Assembly (NCBI GenBank): GCA_963607765.1
Contig: CAVDDT010000034.1
Coordinates: 440-64,439, forward strand
Source: Paratractidigestivibacter sp.
GTDB taxonomy: Bacteria > Bacillota_I > Bacilli_A > Erysipelotrichales > Erysipelotrichaceae
Direction of reading: 5' to 3'
DNA length: 64,000 bases
The notes beneath the pieces are model-generated. The model saw nothing but the letters and a program-made list of their open reading frames with translations, did not search any database and was not told where the DNA came from. This document shows positions 52,974 through 62,029 of the stretch, one piece after another (within the stretch, counting starts at the first letter, position 1; every line of letters begins with the position of its first letter). Position numbers and translations under genes: made by a program.

Positions 52974-53793
52974 TTTATTAAATGAATATAAGAAGGTCTT
53001 TAATGATAAGGAAACATTAAGGGCTTTTCTTTTTGAATTGTGTAATGAGTATGATATTGACTTGTATATGGAAAAGGATATGCAAGCTGATAAAAGAGTT
53101 GAGGAACGTTTTATTGATGGCGTAAATAAGCTTAAAGAAAATGAGCCTCTTAATTATGTGTTGGGTTATTCTTATTTCTATGGTTATAAGATGATAGTCA
53201 ATAAGAATGTTTTAATTCCTCGATTTGAAACAGAAGAATTAGTTGGCTTAGTATTGTCTAAATATGATGAATATTTTAAGGGCAAGAAGGTCACTTTAGC
53301 TGATGTAGGCACTGGTAGTGGAGCGATAGCCATCGCATTAAAAAAAGAAGAAGATAATTTTGAAGTATATGCTAGTGATATTTCAGCTGATGCGTTAAAG
53401 GTTGCGAAAGAGAATGCTTCAAATAACAATGCTGATATAAAGTTCTATGAGGGTTCAATGCTTGATCCAATTGTTGAAAACAATATTAAGCTTGATATTC
53501 TTGTCTCTAATCCACCTTATATTAAACAAGATGAAGTTTTAGACCCAAGTGTTAAAGATTACGAGCCTCATGTAGCTTTGTTTGGTGGCAATGATGGGCT
53601 TAAATTTTATCGCATGATATTTGAGAAAGCTCATTTGGTCATGAAAGATAATGGCCTATTATTTTTTGAAATGGGCTATGACCAAAAAGAAAATCTTTCC
53701 GCTTTAGCTAGAGAATATTTCCCTAATGCTGATATCAATGTATATAAGGACATTAACAAGAAAGATCGAATGCTTTTTATAAAATTAAATTAA
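52957..53793 (+). CDS. prmC: Release factor glutamine N5-methyltransferase
   Basis: SAM motif DVGTGSGAIA and catalytic NPPY (VSNPPYI). Overlaps prfA by 17 nt. Confidence 0.9.
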   Translation: MSTYNDLLNEYKKVFNDKETLRAFLFELCNEYDIDLYMEKDMQADKRVEERFIDGVNKLKENEPLNYVLGYSYFYGYKMIVNKNVLIPRFETEELVGLVLSKYDEYFKGKKVTLADVGTGSGAIAIALKKEEDNFEVYASDISADALKVAKENASNNNADIKFYEGSMLDPIVENNIKLDILVSNPPYIKQDEVLDPSVKDYEPHVALFGGNDGLKFYRMIFEKAHLVMKDNGLLFFEMGYDQKENLSALAREYFPNADINVYKDINKKDRMLFIKLN

Positions 53794-54319
53794 TTAGCAT
53801 ATATATAAACCCTGTAGCTATCATGGCAAATATGGGGTTTATTTTTGTTTTTCTAATAGAAATAAAACAAGCAGCAAACAAGACTAGGGCTGTAATATCT
53901 AAGCTTGATTCTTTTGTTATAGCGTTAATTAAAATACTTAGTCCTGCGCTAGCTATAAGGGCAATTATTGTAGGACGCAAAGTTGATAATATTGTTTTCA
54001 TATAATCAATGTTTTTATATTTGAAATAAAGACATGTCAAAATAGAAACAATAAAGATGGCTGGCAATATTGTGGCGAGTGTAGCGATGATTGCGCCTAA
54101 GATGCCAGCTATTTTAAGTCCAACAAAGGTTGCACAATTTACCGCAATTGGACCAGGTGTCATTTCGGCAATCGTTATTAAGTTAGAAAACTCATCCAAA
54201 GTAATCCAAGCAAATTTCTCAACTACTTGACTTTGAATAATTGGAATTGATGCATATCCTCCTCCTATTGAGAATAGTCCTACTTTTAGAAAGCTAATAA
54301 ATAGTTTAATGTATATCAT
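53777..54319 (-). CDS. Chromate transporter (short CHR family), second half-protein
   Basis: ..FSIGGGYASIP.. and ..MTPGPIAVN.. motifs. 180 aa. Confidence 0.8.
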   Translation of the reverse strand: MIYIKLFISFLKVGLFSIGGGYASIPIIQSQVVEKFAWITLDEFSNLITIAEMTPGPIAVNCATFVGLKIAGILGAIIATLATILPAIFIVSILTCLYFKYKNIDYMKTILSTLRPTIIALIASAGLSILINAITKESSLDITALVLFAACFISIRKTKINPIFAMIATGFIYMLINLIL

Positions 54320-54866
54320 GTTTAGCTCCTAAAATTGAAATAATAATTCCAAGAAGTAATGTGAATAGAATAATGTATATAACATTTACATCAAAAAAGA
54401 ACACTAGTATAAAGGCTATAAGCATTATAGAAATATTTAAGTATTCTTTTCTTTTAAAGATTTTACTAGCTAATGTTAAAACGGTATCTAAGATGATAGC
54501 TGCAACTCCTGCTTGCATGCCTTTTAACAACAGTGAAAATGCCACATTGCCTATTAGCAGATTATAGAAATAGGAAATTATTGTAAGAATTACCATTGGT
54601 GGAATAATAGTGCCTAGTACCGCTACTAGCATGCCTATGTATCCTGCAACTTTTAGTCCAACAGCAATGGCACAATTTACCGCAACAGCACCTGGACTTG
54701 ATTGGGCGATGGCTATTAAATCCAGCATCTCTTCTTCATCTATCCAATGTAGCTCGTCTACAAATTTCTTTTTCATAAAAGTAGCTATTACAAAGCCTCC
54801 TCCAAAGGTGAAGGCGCTAATGTATAGAGTACTTAGGAATAGTTTCAATAACTTTTTCTTTTCCAT
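54306..54866 (-). CDS. Chromate transporter (short CHR family), first half-protein
   Basis: ..FTFGGGFVI.. and ..SSPGAVAVN.. motifs. Overlaps its partner by 14 nt. Confidence 0.8.
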   Translation of the reverse strand: MEKKKLLKLFLSTLYISAFTFGGGFVIATFMKKKFVDELHWIDEEEMLDLIAIAQSSPGAVAVNCAIAVGLKVAGYIGMLVAVLGTIIPPMVILTIISYFYNLLIGNVAFSLLLKGMQAGVAAIILDTVLTLASKIFKRKEYLNISIMLIAFILVFFFDVNVIYIILFTLLLGIIISILGAKHDIH

Positions 54867-54912
54867 ATCTATAGGATAACAAGAAAATGTTATAAAGATG
54901 TAAAATATAAGT

Positions 54913-56043
54913 ATGTTAGCAAGCTATTATGCGGAAGTTGATATAATCTGTGCTGTTATACTTTTGTGTCTAATTCATCGCAGTATCAAGTCAAACTTTT
55001 CTAAGACTGATCGAACAAATTTTATTGTTTTATTAACGATTAATTTTCTATTTGTCTTAAGCGACTTTATTTGGATATTCAACAATGGCTACGCTAGTTA
55101 TATGGATATTTCAAATGGCGTTCTTATTGGATATATAGGAAATGGTTTAAATTCAATATTATCAGCTTTGTCTTCTTTGTCTTGGCTATTTTTTTCAGAA
55201 AGTATGCAGAATCATTTAGCTTTTCATAATGGCAAAAAAGCGTTCTTGGTTTCTTTGCCGGTTATTATATTAATTATTTTATGTTTATTTAATTATCAAA
55301 ATCACATCATGTTTACCATCTTAAGTGATGGAACGTATGTTCGTGGGGTTGGCTATATCTATCAGGTTATTGTGTCTTTTGGTTATATTATTGTAGCAGC
55401 TATTTTATCGCTTAATCATGCCAATAAAGCTAAGAATGAGAAAAGTAGGAAGCGTTCTTTAACGATGTTTAATTTTATGATTCCTCCTACTATTGCAACT
55501 GTTTTGCAGCTATTGATTCCTAATATGTCTATTTTGTTTATCGGCACTGTTTTGGCTTTACTTAATTTATTTATTTCCTTACAAGGACAATTGGTATTAA
55601 ATGACCCTTTGACTGGTTTGAATAATAGGTCTCTTTTAGACCAAAAGATTGAAAAAGGAATGAACAGTGTTGATGATGGCGGTGACTTTTATCTTTTATT
55701 ATTTGATGCGGACAAATTCAAGAATATTAACGATACTTTTGGGCATTTAGAAGGTGATAGGGCTTTGATTATAATTGCGGATACTTTAAGAAAGAATTGC
55801 AGTCCTGGTGATTTTATATGTAGGTATGGTGGCGATGAATTTATCATGCTTCATAAGTGTAAGAAAAATGAAGATTGTAGCATTTTAATTGAAAAAATTA
55901 ATAAAATGTTAGATAGTCATGATCTTCCATATTCTTTACATGTTAGTGTTGGGATATGTAAGTATCATGATGGAATAGATGGTTGGTCTAAGATGGTTAA
56001 AGAGGCTGATGAGAGTTTATATATTGCAAAGAAGAATAGGTAG
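54913..56043 (+). CDS. Membrane-bound diguanylate cyclase (GGDEF)
   Basis: About 7 TM helices in the N-terminal part, then ..NDPLTGLNNR.., ..DADKFKNINDTFGH..GD.. and the RYGGDEF active site. Confidence 0.85.
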   Translation: MLASYYAEVDIICAVILLCLIHRSIKSNFSKTDRTNFIVLLTINFLFVLSDFIWIFNNGYASYMDISNGVLIGYIGNGLNSILSALSSLSWLFFSESMQNHLAFHNGKKAFLVSLPVIILIILCLFNYQNHIMFTILSDGTYVRGVGYIYQVIVSFGYIIVAAILSLNHANKAKNEKSRKRSLTMFNFMIPPTIATVLQLLIPNMSILFIGTVLALLNLFISLQGQLVLNDPLTGLNNRSLLDQKIEKGMNSVDDGGDFYLLLFDADKFKNINDTFGHLEGDRALIIIADTLRKNCSPGDFICRYGGDEFIMLHKCKKNEDCSILIEKINKMLDSHDLPYSLHVSVGICKYHDGIDGWSKMVKEADESLYIAKKNR

Positions 56044-56046
56044 TTT

Positions 56047-56604
56047 ATGAAAAAGAGATTATATTTATTAAGACATGGTCAAACAAAGTTTAATACGATG
56101 GGTTTAGCTCAGGGCAGAATTAATTCTGATTTAACTGATTTGGGAAAGAAGCAGGCTTTAGCTGCAAAAAATTATTTTGAAAAAAATAATATTAAGTTTG
56201 ATCATATTTATACTTCTCCTCTTGGCAGGACCATACAAACTTGTGAAATAGTAACTGGCGAAAAAGGCAAGCAAGTTGATGGCTTGATTGAAATTGACTT
56301 TGGACAATTAGATGGCAAGGATTACGAAGTAGCTAAGGCGTATCATGATGACTATACAAGTGTTGGTGGTGAAAGCGTTGATTCTGCAGGAGATAGAATG
56401 CTTAAGACTCTTATTAAGATTATGCAAGAAGATAATGAAAGTGTTCTTGTGGTAGCTCACGCTACAGTTGGCAGAGCTTTTTATTATAAAGTAATTGGCG
56501 AGTATCTTCCTTCTTTTAGGATTCCTAATTGTGGCATTTCTATTTATGATTTTGAAGATGGCAAGTTTTCTTTTGTGAAGATGGTAGACCCGCTTAATGA
56601 TTAA
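56047..56604 (+). CDS. Histidine phosphatase family protein (phosphoglycerate-mutase-like)
   Basis: LLRHGQTKFN catalytic motif. Length 185 aa. Confidence 0.8.
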   Translation: MKKRLYLLRHGQTKFNTMGLAQGRINSDLTDLGKKQALAAKNYFEKNNIKFDHIYTSPLGRTIQTCEIVTGEKGKQVDGLIEIDFGQLDGKDYEVAKAYHDDYTSVGGESVDSAGDRMLKTLIKIMQEDNESVLVVAHATVGRAFYYKVIGEYLPSFRIPNCGISIYDFEDGKFSFVKMVDPLND

Positions 56605-57403
56605 ATATATTTTTTCTGATTTAGATGGAACACTTCTTTCTAGTGATAAGACTATTAGCTATAAAAACAAAGAGATTATTAAAAAAGCTAATGATAATGG
56701 TGTGAAGTTTATTGTCAATTCTGGTAGACTTCCTTATAGCTTTAGAAGCTATAAAAAAGATTTTGATTTAAATTATTTTGTTTCAGGCAATGGCTCTTTA
56801 ATTAAATGGGATGGGAAGATAGTTTATAGCAAGCCTCTTTCTTGCGAAGATGCCAAGAGAATCGCTGAGCTAGCATATAAGTATGAAGCTTATGCAAGAT
56901 GCTTTTCACTTAAGAAGATTTGTCTTTTTAAATTTGATACAAAAACTGCTAAGGGTGTTGTGAATAAGCCATATGGTTTCTTTGATAAGAAAACCGTTAA
57001 TAATCTAGAGGAAATGTTTAAATTTATTGATAATCACGATATCTATAAGATTGGCTTTTTTGATGATCATGAAAAGCTTGAAAGAGTTAAGAATAGCATT
57101 AATATTGAACTTAAAAATGTGAATACTAGTTATTCTACTTTTCGTTTTTTAGAGAATCATGACATTAATACTTCTAAAGGAAATGCGATAAAAGAAGTAT
57201 GCAAGTTGTTTAATATCGATTATGATGAAGTTTTAGCAATTGGTGATAATGGCAATGATATGTCAATGATAGATAATGCCTTTCACAGCGCTTGTCCAGC
57301 TAATGCGACTGATGAAATCAAATGTAAGTGTGAATACATTTCTGATAGATCTTGTGATGAGGATGCGATTTTTGATATTGTGAGTAAATTTTGTAATCTA
57401 TGA
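56597..57403 (+). CDS. Cof-type HAD-IIB phosphatase
   Basis: Motif I FSDLDGTLL and motif IV GDNGNDMSM. Confidence 0.82.
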   Translation: MIKYIFSDLDGTLLSSDKTISYKNKEIIKKANDNGVKFIVNSGRLPYSFRSYKKDFDLNYFVSGNGSLIKWDGKIVYSKPLSCEDAKRIAELAYKYEAYARCFSLKKICLFKFDTKTAKGVVNKPYGFFDKKTVNNLEEMFKFIDNHDIYKIGFFDDHEKLERVKNSINIELKNVNTSYSTFRFLENHDINTSKGNAIKEVCKLFNIDYDEVLAIGDNGNDMSMIDNAFHSACPANATDEIKCKCEYISDRSCDEDAIFDIVSKFCNL

Positions 57404-57489
57404 TATATTTTTTCGTGTCTATATGTTTGTAAGGATACTTGCAACAAAGCAAGTCAAGAAAACATTACAACGATGTTGTTTGCGATATT

Positions 57490-57516
57490 TTATAAAAAGA
57501 TGCAATGTTGCATCTT
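57490..57516 (-). terminator. Rho-independent terminator of the cupin-CMD operon
   Basis: AAGATGC / GCATCTT hairpin. On the minus strand it is followed by tttttata. Confidence 0.7.
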
Positions 57517-57838
57517 AATTTGTCCATACTTGTTTTGCCATATTGAAGGCTGCCCAAGCTTTGGGCCATCCGCAATAGAAAGCGATGTGGGTAATAATTG
57601 CAGCGATTTCTTTTTGACTTACGCCATTATTTTTGGCGTTTTCAAGATGATATTTTAAAGATGAATCAGTTATTCCTTGTGAAATCAATGATACTACTGT
57701 AATGATGCATCTTGTTTTTATATCAATATCTTCATTATTCCAGTTTTCACCAAATAGGATATCGTCATTAAAGTGGGCAAAATCAGGTGCGAATTCTCCT
57801 AGAGCGTCTTTGCCTGCGGTTTGTTTAATCTTACTCAT
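57515..57838 (-). CDS. Carboxymuconolactone decarboxylase (AhpD-like) family protein
   Basis: ..THIAFYCGWPKAW.. motif. Length 107 aa. Confidence 0.75.
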   Translation of the reverse strand: MSKIKQTAGKDALGEFAPDFAHFNDDILFGENWNNEDIDIKTRCIITVVSLISQGITDSSLKYHLENAKNNGVSQKEIAAIITHIAFYCGWPKAWAAFNMAKQVWTN

Positions 57839-58260
57839 AGCTTGTTATACTCCTCATCGCTTACTTTTTCACACCATTCATTACTGCAATTTTCTCCAGG
57901 AACTTCTATTGCGATATGAGAAAACCATGAATCTTTTTTAGCACCATGCCAATGCTTAACATTAGCTGGAATATTAATAACCATTCCTTCACTTAATGAA
58001 ATAGCTGGTTTTCCTTCTTCTTGATACCAGCCTTCACCGCATGTGCATACTAGTATTTGGCCTCCGCCACTAGTTGAATGATGAATATGCCAATTGTTTC
58101 TACATCCTGGTTCAAATGTAACATTAGCCAGGAATAGCCCATCTTTATTTAAAGGATTTAAGTAGGAATTTCCAATAAAGTATTTAGCGTAGGCTGTGTT
58201 AGCTTGACCAGTTTTAAACATATTATGTTTTTCAAATTCGTTTTTATCTAAGTATTTCAT
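57835..58260 (-). CDS. Cupin-domain protein
   Basis: ..FEPGCRNNWHIHH...GGGQIL...NVKHWHGA.. cupin motifs. ATGA overlap with the CMD gene. SD aaggagag. Confidence 0.75.
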   Translation of the reverse strand: MKYLDKNEFEKHNMFKTGQANTAYAKYFIGNSYLNPLNKDGLFLANVTFEPGCRNNWHIHHSTSGGGQILVCTCGEGWYQEEGKPAISLSEGMVINIPANVKHWHGAKKDSWFSHIAIEVPGENCSNEWCEKVSDEEYNKL

Positions 58261-58310
58261 AATCTCTCCTTTTTAATTACTGTAATACTTAAAGCTTACT
58301 TTAGGTCAAT

Positions 58311-58333
58311 AAAAAAAGATGGCTTAGCCATCT
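58311..58333 (-). terminator. Rho-independent terminator after darA
   Basis: AGATGGC / GCCATCT hairpin. On the minus strand it is followed by ttttttt. Confidence 0.75.
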
Positions 58334-58347
58334 TAATTTTGTTTCTA

Positions 58348-58671
58348 TTATAGTTTTACGAATTGGTTAACATCTAGCACGAAGATTGTAGCTCCACCAA
58401 CTGTTACTTCAATAGGCATTGGGGCAAATTCGCCAGACATGAATGATGCACTAGATGGCGCAACTTCTGTTCTTCTTTTTGATTCGTTACCTATGATTTC
58501 GATGGCTTTTTCAACTTGATCATCTTCACAACCTACGATTAATGTAGTATTTCCTAATGATAGGAAGCCACCTGTTGTAGCTAACTTTGTTACTTGGAAA
58601 GAGTTGTTGTTTAATGATGAACTAACTGAAGCACTATCGTCGTTTGATACAATCGCTAAAATAAGTTTCAT
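58348..58671 (-). CDS. darA: PII-like cyclic-di-AMP receptor DarA (YaaQ, DUF970)
   Basis: MKLILAIVSNDDS....FQVTKLATTGGFLSLGNTTLIVG.ED..V. is collinear with B. subtilis YaaQ. ATG at 58671 follows SD ggagg. The ORF-track start at 58692 is unlikely. Confidence 0.8.
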   Translation of the reverse strand: MKLILAIVSNDDSASVSSSLNNNSFQVTKLATTGGFLSLGNTTLIVGCEDDQVEKAIEIIGNESKRRTEVAPSSASFMSGEFAPMPIEVTVGGATIFVLDVNQFVKL

Positions 58672-58768
58672 ATTTTTTCCTCCTATAATCACTATTATTA
58701 TAAAAAAATCAGTTTAAGTTCACAATAAAAACATTATTGACTTGATGGGTATTGTATAATGTATGCAT

Positions 58769-59782
58769 ATGATTAAATTTGATAAAGTGTCTAAGACATA
58801 TAAAAACGGAACACATGCGTTATATGACATTTCTTTAGAAATAAAGGATGGCGATTTTGTCTATATTATCGGCGAAACTGGTAGTGGTAAGTCAACAATG
58901 ATTAAGATTCTTGATGGTGAAGAGGTTCCTACTTCTGGCAGCGTTACTGTTAGCGGTATCAATATCGATAATAAGAAAAAGAAGAACAATATTGTTGATG
59001 TCGGCAAACTAAAAAAGCGTAAAGTTCCTTTATATAGAAGAAATATTGGCGTTGTTTTCCAAGATTATCGTTTGCTACCTAAGAAAACAGTTTTTGAAAA
59101 TGTTGCTTATGCGATGGAGGTAGTGGACACTCCAAAAGATAAATTAAGGCCTAGAGTTAGAGAAGTATTAAAGCTTGTTGGTTTAGCTGATAAGTCTAAT
59201 TCTTTTCCAAATGAGCTTTCTGGTGGTCAACAACAGCGTACAGCTATTGCTAGAGCTATTGCGAATCGACCAAAGATTCTTATCGCCGACGAGCCAACTG
59301 GTAATCTAGATCCTAAAAAGAGTAATGAGATTATCAATTTATTTGAAAAGATCAATAGAGAAGAGAATACTACTATTCTTATTGTTACTCATGATATTGA
59401 TACTGTTAGAAAACATCCTAAGCGTACTATTGAGATTAATAATGGCCATATTGTTAGAGATAAGGAAGATGGCATTAGAAATGTAAAGACAACTATTGAT
59501 AAGGCTGATACTCAGACTTTATCTTTAGACGAAATCAAGGATGAAGATGATGTTAAACAAGAGGAACAAGCTTGGTTAAAACAGCCTGTTGAAGTAAAGG
59601 AAACTCCTGTTTGGTTAAATGAGCCCAATGATAAAAAAGAGGAAGTTAAGGCTGAAGAACCTGTATCGAGTAGCGATGTTCCTACTGCCAAAATTGAAGT
59701 TAATAAATTAGAGGATTCTGATACTTTTGATTTTGATATTGCACCTTTAGAAATTAACGAAAAAGAAAAGGATAATAACTAA
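58769..59782 (+). CDS. ftsE: Cell-division ABC ATPase FtsE with internal insertion and long acidic C-terminal tail
   Basis: MIKFDKVSKTY.. Walker A GETGSGKST, signature LSGGQQQR, Walker B ILIADEPTGNLD. Followed by ftsX. There are two candidate ATGs, at 58763 and 58769. Confidence 0.85.
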   Translation: MIKFDKVSKTYKNGTHALYDISLEIKDGDFVYIIGETGSGKSTMIKILDGEEVPTSGSVTVSGINIDNKKKKNNIVDVGKLKKRKVPLYRRNIGVVFQDYRLLPKKTVFENVAYAMEVVDTPKDKLRPRVREVLKLVGLADKSNSFPNELSGGQQQRTAIARAIANRPKILIADEPTGNLDPKKSNEIINLFEKINREENTTILIVTHDIDTVRKHPKRTIEINNGHIVRDKEDGIRNVKTTIDKADTQTLSLDEIKDEDDVKQEEQAWLKQPVEVKETPVWLNEPNDKKEEVKAEEPVSSSDVPTAKIEVNKLEDSDTFDFDIAPLEINEKEKDNN

Positions 59783-60678
59783 TGTTTCATAGATTTTTTA
59801 GACATGTAAAAGAGGGCTTTATTGGAGTTGGTAGACACTTTGGCATGGCTGTTAGTTCAGCCGCTTCGGTTACTATCACTCTTCTTTTAGTGGGCTTCTT
59901 TTTGGTATTAACATATAACTTGAATTTAATTACCCAAGATATTGAGGATTCTATTTCACTTAGTGCTTTAGTTGACTATGATGTGACTAGTTCTTCTACC
60001 CTTGATACTATCAAGAATCAAATTTTATCTATTGATGGTGTTAAGTCTGTTGATTATAGAAGCAAGGATGATGAGTTTACTTACTATGTTGAACAATATC
60101 CTGATATTAAAGAATTTAATGAATTATATAGAGACCAAAATCCATTCCATGATGCATTTATGGTTAGTTTAGATGACGGCAGTGAAATGGAAGATGTTAA
60201 GAGCCAAATAGAGGCTATCAATGGAATTGATTCTGTCCATGATGGTGGCAGCAATACTTATGTATTAATTGATATCTTACAAAAAGTTAGAATATTTGGC
60301 GGTGCTTTAGTTCTTGCCTTATGCTTATTGGCTATCTATCTAATCTACAATACTATTTCTATTACAATTAGAGCTCGTGATACAGAAATTTGGATTATGA
60401 AAAATGTTGGCGCTAAAAATGGCTACATTCGTGCTCCTTTCCTAGTGGAAGGAATTATCATCGGAATACTTGGTTCTCTTATTCCAATTGGAATAATGTT
60501 TGGAACTTATTATTATCTATATAACAAGACAAGCGGAAGCTTACTTGGTGTGTTTACTTTGGCTTCTCCTTATCCGTTCTTGCTATATTTATGTATTGGA
60601 TTATTAGTGCTTGGCATAGTGGTTGGCTTTATCGGCTCTTATTTGAGTGTTTCTAAACTATTGAGGAATAAGCGATGA
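59782..60678 (+). CDS. ftsX: Cell-division permease-like protein FtsX
   Basis: 4-TM topology with a large first extracellular loop. taATG junction with ftsE. Confidence 0.82.
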   Translation: MFHRFFRHVKEGFIGVGRHFGMAVSSAASVTITLLLVGFFLVLTYNLNLITQDIEDSISLSALVDYDVTSSSTLDTIKNQILSIDGVKSVDYRSKDDEFTYYVEQYPDIKEFNELYRDQNPFHDAFMVSLDDGSEMEDVKSQIEAINGIDSVHDGGSNTYVLIDILQKVRIFGGALVLALCLLAIYLIYNTISITIRARDTEIWIMKNVGAKNGYIRAPFLVEGIIIGILGSLIPIGIMFGTYYYLYNKTSGSLLGVFTLASPYPFLLYLCIGLLVLGIVVGFIGSYLSVSKLLRNKR

Positions 60679-62024
60679 GATTTAAGTTAGGGCCTGTATT
60701 TTTAAGTTTATTATTGGTCTTAAGTTGTTTCAACTGTAAAGCAATAGCTGTTAAAGCTGATGATGATACTTCTTGTGACTATTCGGATTGTGATGAGAAT
60801 GATAAGACTTGCAAGCTTAATAATGCGAAAAAGAAACAACAATGTCTTCAAAATGAGATAGCTACCGCTAAAAGTGATCAAGAGAGTTATTGGGCGCTAG
60901 CCAGTCAATGGGCTCAAGAAGTCGAGACTTTAAATGAACAGATTGCGGAATTAAAGCCTCAAATCGAGGAACTTAATACTAAAATTAGTGAACTTGAAAC
61001 TAGCATTGCAGAGAAAGAAAGCAAAGTTGAAGAATTAAATAAGCGTGTTTTAGCAAGAATGGAAAGCGCTCAGGGCACAATGCATTTTTCAGTGTGGCTT
61101 GATTTCTTGCTTGGTTCTAGTAGCTTTAGCGATATGCTTAGAAGATTATATGGCATTGAGGCCATTAATTCTAAGGAAGAAAGTGATCGTAAAGAGCTTG
61201 AGGATGTGATTAACACTTTAAATGAACAGAAGGCGGAATTAGATACTTCTAAGACTGAATTAGATAATAAGATGACTGATCTTGAGATTGCTCAAGATGA
61301 GGCGGAATATAAAAATGAGCAGGCTATGATTGCTTATAATGAGGCTAGTGACGTTATTTCTAGTTATCAAAACCAATTAGATGAACAAAGCAAGATTATT
61401 GCTAACATCAAATTGAGCTTAGAGGATTTAGATATTTTAGATCCTCAAACGGGTTTTTCTTCTCCTGTTCCTGGTTCTACAATTTCTTCTGGTTTTCCAT
61501 ATTATCCATCTAGTTTTGGTGGAGGAGTCCATTTAGGAATAGATTACGCAGTATCTTTGGGCTCAGCAATTTATGCACCTGCTGATGGTGTAATTGTTAT
61601 TTCTGATGATAACTGTGACACATGGGGCTACTTGGGCAACTCTTGTGGTGGCGCAGGTGGTGGTGTCTCTTATGGAGGTAACCAAATTTATTTCTTATGT
61701 AGTGTTAATGGCAGTGTTTATGCCTTGACGTTCTCTCATTTATATAGTGGTTCTTTACATGCGACAGGCGTTGTAACACAGGGTACACAAATTGCTAGAG
61801 CTGGTTCTAGTGGCAATTCCACTGGGCCACATTGTCATATTGAAATGTTCTATCTTGGAAGTGGCGATAATGAGGATTTGGCTACTTATATTGAAATGCT
61901 TAATACAGGAGTATATTCTAGTTCATTTAATTGTGGCTGGGGTAGTTATGGATTAAATACTATTTGTTCTAATAAGGGGTCTGCTCCATGTAGACTAGAT
62001 GGCTCTGAATATTTACCGGGTTAA
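60675..62024 (+). CDS. Secreted coiled-coil M23 (LytM-type) peptidoglycan hydrolase, EnvC/PcsB-like architecture
   Basis: Signal peptide and a long coiled coil (..QIAELKPQIEELNTKISELETSIAEKESKVEELN..). M23 motifs HLGIDYA and GPHCHIEM. Confidence 0.85.
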   Translation: MRFKLGPVFLSLLLVLSCFNCKAIAVKADDDTSCDYSDCDENDKTCKLNNAKKKQQCLQNEIATAKSDQESYWALASQWAQEVETLNEQIAELKPQIEELNTKISELETSIAEKESKVEELNKRVLARMESAQGTMHFSVWLDFLLGSSSFSDMLRRLYGIEAINSKEESDRKELEDVINTLNEQKAELDTSKTELDNKMTDLEIAQDEAEYKNEQAMIAYNEASDVISSYQNQLDEQSKIIANIKLSLEDLDILDPQTGFSSPVPGSTISSGFPYYPSSFGGGVHLGIDYAVSLGSAIYAPADGVIVISDDNCDTWGYLGNSCGGAGGGVSYGGNQIYFLCSVNGSVYALTFSHLYSGSLHATGVVTQGTQIARAGSSGNSTGPHCHIEMFYLGSGDNEDLATYIEMLNTGVYSSSFNCGWGSYGLNTICSNKGSAPCRLDGSEYLPG

Positions 62025-62029
62025 TAATT

